This document shows, one piece after another, positions 1-11,724 of a stretch of 64,000 nucleotides of DNA. How positions within the stretch are numbered: the stretch's first letter is position 1; every line of letters begins with the position of its first letter. Source of the stretch: Bilabrum cf. latius (Eukaryota); contig OZ237736.1 of NCBI GenBank assembly GCA_965178125.1, forward strand, positions 930,001 to 994,000. The letters are read 5' to 3'. The notes under the pieces are model-generated. The model saw only the letters and a list, made by a program, of their open reading frames with translations, had not been told where the DNA came from and made no database searches. Made by a program: the position numbers and the translations under genes.

Positions 1-137
1 AAAAAAGGAACATCAAACCCAAATCTGCAAGCTTTTCTAGCATAGTGTCCTGTTAAGTGCGTCAAGCCAAAGCATCCTTTATCCAATCCGGAGCTGGAGA
101 TATGGATGAACATTCTACGATATGATCGCATTTAGTC

Positions 138-3100
138 ATGGATTTCGAAGATGATGACTGGGACAATGCAAATGAAGCTTCCTTTGAAGAGAGTCTCGAG
201 TCGAACAATGGTGGCATCCCTTCTACAGCGGCAGCGCAGTCTTCGGCAAGTGCGTCATCAATTTTCCCGGGTGCTGCAGCGCTTTACCAAGCCAAACTGC
301 CAGACCTGCAGGGGGCTTCTGGCGAGCAGACTCCATCCAAAATTGAGCCTGTTGCAGGCGCTGCGGGCTAGCGGCTGCTTTCGAGTGCAGATGCCAGCAA
401 CGCGAGTGGTGCCTCAAGCGATGGCGTGTTTCTAGATCTCTCCAGTCGACGCGATCAAAACTTACCATCCCAGCCAGAAGGTGATGCATCTAGAACAGCT
501 GAATTCATGAGAAGGGTCAATCCTTCCCATAATCGCCCCAACCCGAGGTTCGAAAAGTATAAGGAGCAGCTACTCCAGTCATGTCGACGCGACCTGGCAC
601 GATAGACCATTCTTTCAAAGCTGTCTGCAGCATAGGCTCTGCACCGGTCGCATCTGACCATGATGCTCGCATCGTTGGTCCAACGGTCTTCGGCCTCTTG
701 CAATCCTGCCCTGCAGTCCATCCTTCTTTCGTCTATGCCTGCTCGATTGCTCGCTGCAAGCCACAGGCGTCCCGTGCCCGGTGTGAGCCGAGGATTGACA
801 GTAAGTACGCTTCAAACACTATCACTGAATCACATTGGTACATTGACGCGGTGGTTTGGCTCTCAATTCGAGGCGGTCGGGCGTGGGAGCGGTCCTGCCA
901 CTCCACCTGCCCAGCACGTCGCCACCTCTGAATGGCTGCTCGGGCTTGCCATGCAGCCGCTGCCGCAGCTATCCATCGAAGAGCAGCGGGCTATGTAGAG
1001 CGGAATGGCAGTGCGTAGACAAAAGCCCGCTGCACCGGCAGATTTCGTGCAGCTGTTCGCCGCTAGCATAAGAGCAATGGGCGTACCCTGCAGGCTAGCA
1101 CTCATGGGCGATCCGTTCGATGTCGCTGGCTTCATGCAGGGCAAGGTGGCACAAGCTCGACAAGAAGCCGCAGAGGCAACAAAGCGTGCAAAAATCGAAA
1201 GGAATAAGAGCACGAGAGAAATCGAGATAGATTTGCTCGGGGAAGAAGGAGAGGAAGGTGCAGCTGCTGCAGCAAGCTCGAGTGGCTCCAGTGGCGCGCC
1301 GGACTCCTCAAAGTCATCTGCGAGGCCAGGGACAAAGCGAGGCAGGCCTAGCACAGATAGTAGCCAGGGAACACAAAAATCAAAGCGCAGACGGTCCACG
1401 CAGCAGCAGTCAAAACCAGCCGACTAGACAAGGCTGTGCGGCTCGCTAGCACTAGGGTCTAGAACGAGGTAGGCAGAGCAGGTGGCCATGGCAGACTTCT
1501 AGGCAGCTTCCAGGAGAGCGAGTGGCCGCTGCGCGAGTAAGGCGAGCGAACTCAGGGATAAGCATACGGGCATTTCGGGGGGTTCCCGTTCGGGCGCAAA
1601 AGGGGGCAGCAGGAAGAGCAGCAAGCTTGCGCCTAGTTCCATGCCGGCTTGGAGGAGGCTGCTGCCCAATCCGAACCGGCCCCAATTTATGCAGGAGCTT
1701 GCAAGCGCTGGTGTTGTTCGATGGTGGGTCGAAGTTCTCACGCACGGGCCAAGTGAGGAAGAGGAGGAACCGGGTGGGCAGCAGGCTGCCGCTGCAGCTG
1801 CTGGATTGCCACCTCGTGCAGGTTCAGCGTCCTCTGGCGGCAATGCGCAGGCAAGTGGAGGTGCTTCCAAGCCTCGGTGGGTATTCGTGGATCCGATCAG
1901 GCAGCTTGTTGATACTCCTTTGGTACCTGCTGCTCTAAGGGCAAAATCAGATCCAGTTCAGTACGTACTGGCTGCCTCCGGGTCTGGGCGACTGACCGAC
2001 GTGACCCGGCGGTATGCACTGTCTTGGCCTGAAAGCAAGCTCGCCAGGGACAAGTGTGGTGTAGGACCTGCCGAAGTTGCTGCTCTGCTTCGTGCGTTTG
2101 AGCCTCCTGATGCGCACCCCCAGCCACGCCACAGGGGCAGGCAGCAGGATGGCTCGTCTCATCGCAATGCCCTCCAGACCGACCTGACAGGGATCGATGC
2201 AGCCGAGGCACAGGAGCTAAAGCGAGCAGAAGAAAGCGTCCCTGTGCCCACGAGTGTGCAGGGATTTAGAAGGCACGCAGAGTATGCACTGGAAGGACAG
2301 CTGCTCCGCAATCAGGTCGTACGACCTGGTGCAAAACCTGTGACTCTCTTCAAAGGCAAAGCAGTGTACCGCAGAAGGGATATCGCAGAGTGCCTTTCCA
2401 AGGACAAATGGATGCAGTTGCACGCACGTATCGTCAAACAAGACTAGTTAGATCGTCCTGCGGCCATGGTCATGTACAAGCCACGGCACAAGAAATCAGC
2501 AGCCGCGGAGGCTGAGGACGTCGCGAGTGGCAAGGCGTCAGCCTCCAAGGCTGGCCCACAGCCTGACGCTGAAGGTCGGATCCCATTGCCTCACTTCGGC
2601 GAGTGGCAAACAGAGGCCTATCAACCACCCAGAATTACGAATGGCATCGTCCCGAAAAACGATTTTGGGAACGTCGAGCTGTGGAACGAAAAGTGCATGC
2701 CAATCGGTTGCGCCGAGGTTGATCACCCATTGGCAGCCAAGGCGGCTGCCTCGCTCCGTGTGGACTATGCGAAGGCATTTAGAGGCTTTATTAGGAAGAA
2801 GGGGCAGGCACTTCCTGATATTCGAGGCATCGTAGTTGCAAAGGAGCACTAGGACATGGTGTAGCTCGGCGCCATCGAGCTCCAGGCCGAAAGGGACAGA
2901 AAGGCTGCTGAAAAACGTAGCAAACAGTTGGTCAAGCGATGGGAGAAGCTGGTTCACAAGGCGCTTCTTCGGTCCAGGCTACGTGCTGACTACGGAAAGG
3001 GCGGAGCGGCTGCTCTGCTATCCAGTAGCTCAGGTGCTGCTAGTGGAAAGTCAGCAGCTGCCCAGGGGCCTCAGTCTACCAAGGCAAAGGGAATCGCGAG

Positions 3101-3470
3101 GGGCGGTAGCGAAGGATCAGAGACAGCTTCCACTGGTCCTGGAAAACAAGCTGAAATTAGCGCGAGGCTTATTGACAACAGTGCAAAGCTGTCCGCGCTA
3201 CAGGGCATGCTATCCGAAGCAAACACCGCCTAGTAGAGCCGCGCCTCGGGCGGAGCCCAGCGAGCCGCTGTGGATTCGGATGAAGATGACGACGAGGACG
3301 AGGACGAGGTCGAGGATAGTACGAGAGATCGAGAAGCTAGCTAGCGAATGCAGTAGCGATATGAAGATTTCGATGCATATAGCCCTCTGGTGCACACTGC
3401 TGCTGGAGAGGGCAGCAGCAGCAGCTCTGCTGGCGTAGGACCGTCTTCAAGACAGTATGAGGAGCTTTAA
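138..3470 (+). CDS. XPC: XPC/Rad4 DNA damage recognition protein (~1,110 aa, TAG read as Gln)
   Basis: Track ORFs 138, 660, 1005, 1641, 2466 and 2928 share one frame and are separated only by TAG (about 14). Rad4 motifs: WWVEV..WVFVDP, LTDVTRRYA, YALEGQL, VPKNDFGNVELW, RWEKLVHKALLRSRL. Ends ..QYEEL-TAA. Confidence 0.93.
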
Positions 3471-3555
3471 TGCATTTGTGGCAGAGTGGTTGACCATCGT
3501 GCTAGTTGGAATGGATGTTTGCCGTGTTCCACGCTGCCCAGTCAGAGACAGAGGT

Positions 3556-4902
3556 TTAGTTCCAAGTCGCATCGCAGACACATCTGGACCGCCGATGCAG
3601 CACGCAGCAAGGACAATTCGCCCCTCTGTAGTCTTCGCTCCTGCACCAAACGATGAGGGCATGCCTCTGACCCCTTGTGACGTCCTTGACCCTGTGCAGG
3701 TGCTGGCCCAGGTGAATCATGGCTATGCCAGGAATTGCAGGAACAGTGTCCTCCAGCTTGCCTTCATCTTCTGAGCTGCGGAGGCCCCTAAACTCCAATT
3801 CGCCGCCATCGAAATCAAGTCCCAAGCAGCAGTTGAGAGTCACCTCAGAGTCATCTGTGTGCGCGACAAGCCCCTTCCGGCTCCCTGCCTTGGCTCGCAG
3901 GGCCGCCTCAACCTCCACCTCCTCGCTGCTGCCTTCCCCCCCGCACCTGCCAGTGGTAGCACCGGCGCTGCTAGCTCCAGTACCTGCGGCATCCGGTCTT
4001 CCCGTTCCTTCAGCTGATTCCATGCCCATCTCCTAGCTGGTCGTCTGAGAAGATAAAGAGATGGCCCCAGAGGAGGCAACACCCGCTGTGACTGGGCCTA
4101 CCTCGCCGTCGCCCTCGCCCTCGCCCTCGCCCGCGCCCTCGCCCTCATCGCCCGCCCCAGAGGCAGGGCCGCCCGGCTCGGAGCAGCTTGAGCGCGTCTT
4201 GTCGCGGGTGTCGCGTCGTTCCTGGTGCTGATATGACGCGATGTACCCGTGGCGATACTCGAGGAACCCGCCCCCCACTCCAGGAAACAGGATGCCAGCC
4301 AGCGGGCGGACGACCATTCGCATGAGGGCGTCCTGGAACGGCTGCAAGCCCATCGAGTCCAGGACTGCACTGCCTTTGCCAAGGCCCTGCGCCGAGCGTT
4401 CCTTGTCAGACAAGCCAGCCTTCTGGGCGGCAGCGTCGGACCACTTGGAAAAGCTGGCCGACTCTTCGAGCAGTGCATTGCATACGTCTGCCGGAAACAG
4501 CCGAAAGCGGTACACGAAATCTACCGGCTCATCCAAGGCGCGGAGAACTGCCCCGGGATGCCTCTTGGCTAAAGCTTTGAGGATGGTTGGGTCAAACAGA
4601 CTGGCAGGATCGTCTGCAGCCCTGTGCAGTAGCGACCTTGCAACCGGTCTGTATAGGGCAAGCATAGACTTTCGCGCCCTCAAGTCCTCCATGGCCTTCT
4701 TGACACCATCCAATTCTTCTCGCAGAAGTCCGTCTAGTGCTTCGAGATCATGAGCAGTCCATTTTGCTAATGCGTGTGGATAGTGTCTTCTGGCGAAAAT
4801 CCCATGCAAAATCATTGCCAGGGACTTGGCCGGCTATCCCTTACGCCTCATTTCATTGATTTTTGTTTTGTCGATATCTTCAATCTTTGATGGTTCTGAC
4901 AT
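3556..4902 (-). CDS. 2-oxoglutarate/Fe(II)-dependent oxygenase (PLOD/ICU11-like)
   Basis: Motif HTDDSEVTLNCCLG..FDGGEL..HLGQHLH..RHALIVW (HxD..H..R). Single frame from ATG 4902 through 2 TAGs to TAA at 3556. Confidence 0.85.
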
Positions 4903-4994
4903 GTGCTTGCAAGAGCAAGTCTATGCAGTAATACTGCAATTGTTCGGCGACTTGTGCAGTTGCAGTAGGGACGTGTCGTTTTTCGTTTTCTTCC

Positions 4995-7900
4995 TCACTT
5001 TACGGGCGGCGGTCTCAAGCACCCAGCGTCGATCAAAGCGGCTTGCAGTCTGTCTGACTGTCTTTGCAGTACCCTAGCAAAGCCCTGGGTCGGCGGTTGC
5101 GGCAAAATGGCCCCGAGAGCCGCCACATCGTCGGCTGCACTGACAGGCTCTCGGCTAGACGGCCACGCGCCCTCCACCATAGCAGAGGCACCCAGCAGAC
5201 AAGCACCGGCAGCATCTCCCTTCGACTTCCCTTCGGAAGCAGTAGTATCTGCCGCCGCCTCGCTGCTGTTGACACCGGCCCCAGCTCCACCGCCGACGCT
5301 CGTTTCCCCAGTCAGTGCAAGCAGCCCCTGCAGCATGCCAAGAAGCCTGGCCCCGTGGACCGCATAGTGGGCCCTTACAAGAGCCTCCATTCCCCCTGGG
5401 GGTTTCTTGAGGGCACCAATCGCCTGCGTGACCGCTACCACCACCGAGTTCTCGTTGTAAAGCAGTGCCTGCCGCGCGTGCCCGGGCATGTCCTCGCAGC
5501 CCTCGAGCCCTGGCTCGCTGAAGTACGGCAGTCTGCTCCCGAGCAAGAGGCCCTACAGGCTGACTGCCACCTGCAGTATCGACGACTTGCCCGGCTACCA
5601 CCCCTCGCCCGTGGACCCCTCTCCCGTCTCCCAGGTACCAAGCAGACTGAGGCACACCTTGCCCGAGCCCTATTCGTACAGGTTCGGGTGGCCCCGCTCG
5701 CCGGAGAAAGACCGGAAGTGCACGAACGGCGGCCGAGACGGGAAATCGACGGGCGACATGAGCACGTCGAAGAAATGCAGCACGTGTGCACAGGGGCTGC
5801 ACGCCGGCCCCGCAATCGCAAGGCGAAGCAGAGCGATGTCCTCTGCGTAATGGCATGCGTACACGCCGGGAGGCAGCTCCGATCGCAGGATCTGCAGCTC
5901 CCGCTTGATCGCCCGAGCGAATCGCGGGTTGCTGCTCGCGGTCCGCATGCTGTGCGACCGCCATAAGGGGGGTCCTCCCGACTCCATCCCGCCTGCATGG
6001 AAATCGCCCGGTATCTTGTCAAGTGCGAGCAACTGGCTGTCGCGGAAGCCAGAACAGGCACGAATTTCACTTATAGCTGCCTGCATTGCCACGCCGTGCT
6101 TGTAAGTTGTAGTCGGCGAGGCAATCGAACTTGCCGCATCGCTCCCATTCGACACGTCTTCGGCGGGATCGGCCCCGGCCGAGGTCGAACCCGACGAGGC
6201 ACCATCTCGGATAGCCACCCCTAGATCAACGAGAGGATGCACACTGCTGCGCTCGCAGGGCTTGGCGTCTGGCCAGGCGTCCGATGCTGCCCCACTCGAG
6301 GCCTGTGGCTGAGGCGGCAGCAGATCCCCTGCCTGCTAGCTGCCTGCCTCGCCGCCGTCGGAACTCTCACTGCCACCTTTGGCAGACTCTCCCAGCAACT
6401 TCTCCAGGAGCGTGCGAAAAGATGCAAGTGAATCAGATGCACTATCCGCCAGATCACCGCCCTTGCCGTCTGGGGGCTATTTTGATCTTGAGGCTGCGAT
6501 GCCGGATCGCTGGCCGAGAGCAAACACTGCAGCAAGTCCATCCGCTGACAAGACACCAGTATGCAGCATTCGAGATGCCACTATCGCATGCTGTTTGTCA
6601 TCTTCTGAATCGACCTTCTTCAGATGTACGGGCAGGGTAGCCTCCAAAAGTCGGCTGGCGTGTCCCTCACAAGATTTTCCGGAGCCAGACGCGGGACTAG
6701 AGACTTCTCCAGCGCCAGTGATAGGTCCAGCATGTGATGAGAGAAGCTGTGGAGGACGAACCAGAGGCATGCGCATCCCAGCACCCGCCGCCGCTGAGGC
6801 TGACCCTCCCGGGAAAGACATCGCCTCACCCGTTCCTCCTCGCTGCATCCCCTAGAGTCTCACCATGCTGTCAGAGATCTGCGCGGCCTGCTCTCGGGAC
6901 AGCTGAGCCCCGGCCTGCTGCAGAGCGGCCTCGACTGCGGCACGGGCCCTGTCCGGGTCACTGCCATCGACATCGATCGTGATCAACTGCGCACTGGCTG
7001 CGCTGCCGGGCGGTGCCTCCTTGGGGTCGCTGACCGGAGCATCCCCCTGGTCACCGAGATTGTGCAGTTGGAACGGGTGCGTCTTCGAATAGGAGCCATC
7101 GGACCAGCACACGAGAAGCATGCCGTCCGCGCACGTGCGGCGAACTTCACCGAAAATGACGCGCTGAGTCGAGCCCCCTGCCGATGCATCGCCTTTTAGG
7201 CCGTCCGATCCTTCCCTACTGCTGCTGCTACTAGACGCTGGGCGCGCTTCGCCGTCCCCTGCCCCGCTGGAGGGGTCCGTTCCGTGGCCCGGGGGGTCGG
7301 GATCTATCTCTTTCCCACCAGCAGACCCACAGCTGCCCTCATCGCCACCCAGTCGAGCCACCACATCAGACACTCTGAAATTGAGCGTGCGACACAGCAC
7401 TAGATCGTACATGCTCTCTTCGGCATCTGCCCCCCCAGCTGTGGTCCGTTCCAATGGATCCATACCTCCGGCGAAAGAACCAATCTCTAGCTCTTTTTCA
7501 AAGGCAGCCATTTTTCCTCCAACTTCATCCTTGATGCGCTATTCTGGGGCATCTGCGGGTGCCGGCATCCAGTAGACCTGCACGGTGCGCTTGGCATCGT
7601 TGCAGCTCTGCACCACTCCTAGTCTTGATTTGCGAGCCCCACCATCCTCGGAGCTCTCCTCCCTGGGCTGCACGTAGTCTCCGGGCAGCAGCGTCTGGTC
7701 TCCCATCATGTACTCTGGCAGCAGCGCAAGGAGCACGGCGGGCACGGCTTTGGACATGGTCCCGTCTGACCACACCACGTCTACTTTCGACTTGACTTGG
7801 TGCACAAGCACAGCAGCCGACCGCCGATCGAAAGCGACGGGGAACTCAGGCAGGCCCGTGGTGCTGCCTGCCTCTCCAGAAGCATCGCTGTCGCTGCCGT

Positions 7901-9099
7901 CATCTTTCGCTCCAAGCTGGTCCGCTCCAGTGGGCGACGAGTTGCTGGCGCCGCTTGGCGCTGGCGGGCCACTGCCCGCAGCGGAGGCGCCTGCCCCAGC
8001 CCCAGCCCCAGCCCCAGCCCCCACGGAGGTACCTGCGTCCTTGCGTGCCTTGACCCGCTAGGCTGCTGCAACTCCAGAGGGTGTCAGCAGACCAGGAGCC
8101 CCGTACGTCCAGCATATTCCCCGCGGGTCGCGATAGGTCAGCCTATGCAGCTTGGGGTCATCGACAGGGATGACCGGAGGAGGCGGGCCAGCCTCTGTGG
8201 GCGCGAGACTCTGCTGCCAACTGACCATGATATTGGCGGCTCTGGTGCCAATGCAGACTCCTACCTTGTGCTTGTGCCTAGAGTAGGATCCTTTCATCCA
8301 CCTAGCAGAGCGGAGGACCTGCGCGGGGGCGCGGACGGGGCAACCCGCCGTAATGTCGTCGAAATCACCAGACTCGATCTGGAGCCGCTGCTCGTCCTGA
8401 GGCCGAATCGTGCAAACGCTGCCGTCGTCAAAGCCAATCGTGGTCTCTGCCTCCCATGAATCCACCTAGCCGACCCAGCTATCGTAGCATACGACCTGGG
8501 ATTGAATCCAGCCGTCTTGGCCCATGTCGGCGTGCTCGTGCGGCACCCAGGCCAGATCGGCATCCCGCCGGTGCACCGCTTCGAATTGAACCCCAAGAGA
8601 CTGGTGTATAGCAACCACCCTTCCAATTTGATTCAGGAGGGGGTCCTGCCCCTGTTGCTTCGCTACCTACACGTAGTCCCCAGGCATGAATCGCCTGTCT
8701 AGAACGGAGATGTTTTGCGCTTCAACGACAGAGAGCTGATCTGGGTCATCAAATCCGTACTCCTGCGGGGCAACATAACCACTCAGCTCGACGAGCCCCT
8801 ATCCGAGCGCTGGTAGATCGTCGTGGCTTGGTTCCGAGTGGCGGTGGTGTTCACTAAAGCGAGAAGTGTGCTGCGAGTGTGTGAGATGCATTCCTTGCGA
8901 GGAGCAGTACAGAGCCTTAAGGATTTCAAACTTCTACAAGACAACGGCCGTTTCTTCTCACACCCTGCATCCGAACGATAGTGTGGCAATCCAAGTCATC
9001 ATCTCTGCCACAGAGCACGGTGTCTCCGAGATACATGCCACAAACCGAATGGTCGCCCTCATCCAGTTTTCTTCGAGATTCGTGTATAATCTTCTCCAT
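4995..9099 (-). CDS. UBE2O: UBE2O/UBC23-like E2/E3 hybrid ubiquitin-conjugating enzyme
   Basis: N-terminal VLDRRFMPGDYV motif. C-terminal UBC domain HPNLYE*GSGKVCLSLLGTW..ILQVAVSL*GLLL..PYFSEPG with the catalytic Cys. One intron (8961-8871), about 11 in-frame TAGs, TGA stop. Confidence 0.88.
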
Positions 9100-9771
9100 G
9101 ACTCGAGATTGCACGGATTATCTTCCCATACAACGCACAATAGGCCGCAGTTGCCTTAAAATACAGAGATACAGAAATACATTGTTGGGTAAAGATTCCA
9201 TGAACACCCAGATGCACCGTTGCCCCCGAGGGGGTTTGGGTGATCACCTAGATCCAGAGGAGCCCTAAAAACAAAGGACTACAAGACCCCCGGCCCTTTC
9301 AGGCCAAAGGCCCCCCGTTCTCAGCCTATGCCGCCGAGTTCCCATTCTTCGCCATCAGTGTGGTCCCCCACAGGCCCCCAGCCTGTTGCCTTCACAAGGA
9401 GAAAGCATACAGGTGCGGAGCGTGTGCCCGGCACAAGGCGCGGTCCAGTCCCACATCGGGGTCCCCGGTCGAGACCCACCATTTCCTCCTCCATGACCGT
9501 CTCTGCGTCTCACGATCCTTCAGAGAGGCGAGCATGCACGCGCTCATGCCTTTGGCCCATTGCCTCTCTATATCCTTTAGCAAGCCGTGGGGCTTGAAAA
9601 TCCGTCGCTGTAGTCGGGCGTTCGCATTGGTTGCCGCTATCAGCTCCTGCGTGGCCGTGGCGGCTAAGGCAGCCGCCGCATCACCCTGCCTTTCCAATTT
9701 CGGAAGTGGCGTGCGCTTATTGGTCGGCCCAAAAACAAGAGTCTTGGCTGCCGTTGATGCGTTCACTGACC

Positions 9772-11517
9772 ATGGATTCAGCCGGTTGGGGAGAATGGAC
9801 ATTGGATCAAGAGAATGATATTAACTAGATGCTCTAGGTGTGTTTGCCCTAAGTTGTTTTGTCCTCTAGAAAGTCTCTAAATGTGATGCAAGCACTTGCT
9901 CCAACACGTACCTTCGGCAAGACCCCCCGCAGAAGCCTGCCGATGCTTTAGAAGTGCGATATAAGCAAGTTGGAGGAGGAAGCAAGGTGAGAACTCCAGG
10001 AAATACACCCGTTATGCCCCGAGCCTGTCTGGCTTGATGCGCGTGGATCGCTTGCGTTCAAATTCTCCCTTCGAACCTCTTGGCAGGCTGCGTATCTCCC
10101 GAACGATACTGTGATCGCAAACGCAAACAGAATTTTTGGTGGGGCGGGGTGGTCCTCTCGCATACTGGAATGCAGGGTCGAGTTTTGTGAGGCCTCAAAG
10201 TCGGGAGCCTTTAGCGTGGGGTGCTCCGCGCACATTCGGATAACTCTGAAGAACGGCGCCTTCCGTGAAGATATTGGGTTCTGCTCCAGCGAGAACTAGA
10301 GACAAAAATCAAAAGCCATCGAGGTCTCTCGAAAAGGGGCCGTCTCCGACGGAATCAAGCGTTGCCTGCGCCAATTCGGTGACGCGTTGGGCAACTGTCT
10401 GCGAGCCCCCGAGTTTATCAAAAGAACACGAGAAATGCAAAGGCGCAGCGTCGAGGAACGAGCGCGGCAACACGCGTCCTCCAATCAGCAGGCTGGCTCT
10501 TTCAGTGCCCATTCCTTGCCACAGGCACCCCCTGTTCCCGAGTACACAAGGCCAGGGCAAGGGCAGGGGCAGTCCGCCGTGCGGTTGTACTCTGGCGGAG
10601 CTGCCGCACCGCAGGCCCCTTCATCCGCTTCATCGTCATCCTCTGCCTCTGCAGTGGGGCAGGCGCCCCAGATACCCAGTGCAGGGACGCAGGCGGGCGG
10701 CGCCACAGGCCATCCAGTGGGCGGCCAAGCGCCTGGGCTTGCCGGCGGCAGCAGGCAAACGCCGGCCTCCTCATCTTCATCCGGGTCATCCGCCCGGGTG
10801 GCAGCAGCCAAGGCACGCACCCCCGATCCCCCAAGGGGGCGAGGTCCCCATGACGGGGGCATGCAGATAGTCGACATCGAGGCTGCGGCCGTCCTGGTCA
10901 TGTCTCAGGCAGCCAGGGAGGCCGAGGAGCAGTTCGCTGCAGGCCACGGGGCGGGTGCGGGGGCCGGTGCGGGGGCGGGGGACAGTCGGAGCGGCGAGGC
11001 GGCAGGTGGTCAAAGTGGCGGAGGGGACGACCCGGACGCACCGCTGCTCGACCTGTCGCTCCCCGAGGAGCTGGTTACTGACCCTGACGCCGACGTGCTG
11101 GACCAGATCCTCAAGCAAGCCGACTCGCCCGCGCACGGACCGGGACCGGGACAGGGGTAGGGGGCAGGTGTTGTGCCCGCGGGTCCAGCAGGGGCATCTG
11201 CTGCGCTGTCTCCTGCTGGCAGCCACGCTCAAAAGCAGCCACCCTCGTCTGCAGGAAGCGGTGCGGGGCTTCGTGAGGCGAGCTCTGCGACCACCAACGG
11301 AGCAGTTGCTTCGGACGCACCGGCCTCAGGCTCGTTGAACACGAAGAAACGGGAGGCGATGCGGCTGCGGAGGGAGGCTGCGCTGCGCAGGAAGCGCGAG
11401 AGGGAGGCTAGCGGAGCCCCCGGCGCGCAGCAGAAGCAGGGAGCTGGGGCCGCTGGTGGCGTGTCCCAGGCCTCCAGCACCGCATCGCGCAGCCCGAAAA
11501 GGGCCCGGCTTGCCTGA
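9772..11517 (+). CDS. RAD52: RAD52 DNA repair/annealing protein
   Basis: Motif ANANRIFGGAGWSS..HIRITLKNGAFREDIGF..KGAVSDGIKRCLRQFGDALGNCL. Exons 9772-9837, 9933-9986 and 10087-11517. 4 TAGs, TGA stop. Confidence 0.9.
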
Positions 11518-11724
11518 AATGGGAACTTTCTCGTCGGAATTAAGCGTATGGTAGGTCTGACAGTATCTATTTAGACGATGAGCGAGCCGTTTGGGGCGTC
11601 AAAAGCCTGCGCTGCTTGCGGCCGTAGACTTCCCGGTTCGGTGCCACAGTGTGACCAGTGAAGAGACGCAATCCGTTTTTTTAATTGGTGCACCCTCTCT
11701 TTGCGAACAGTTACATCAAGCACA

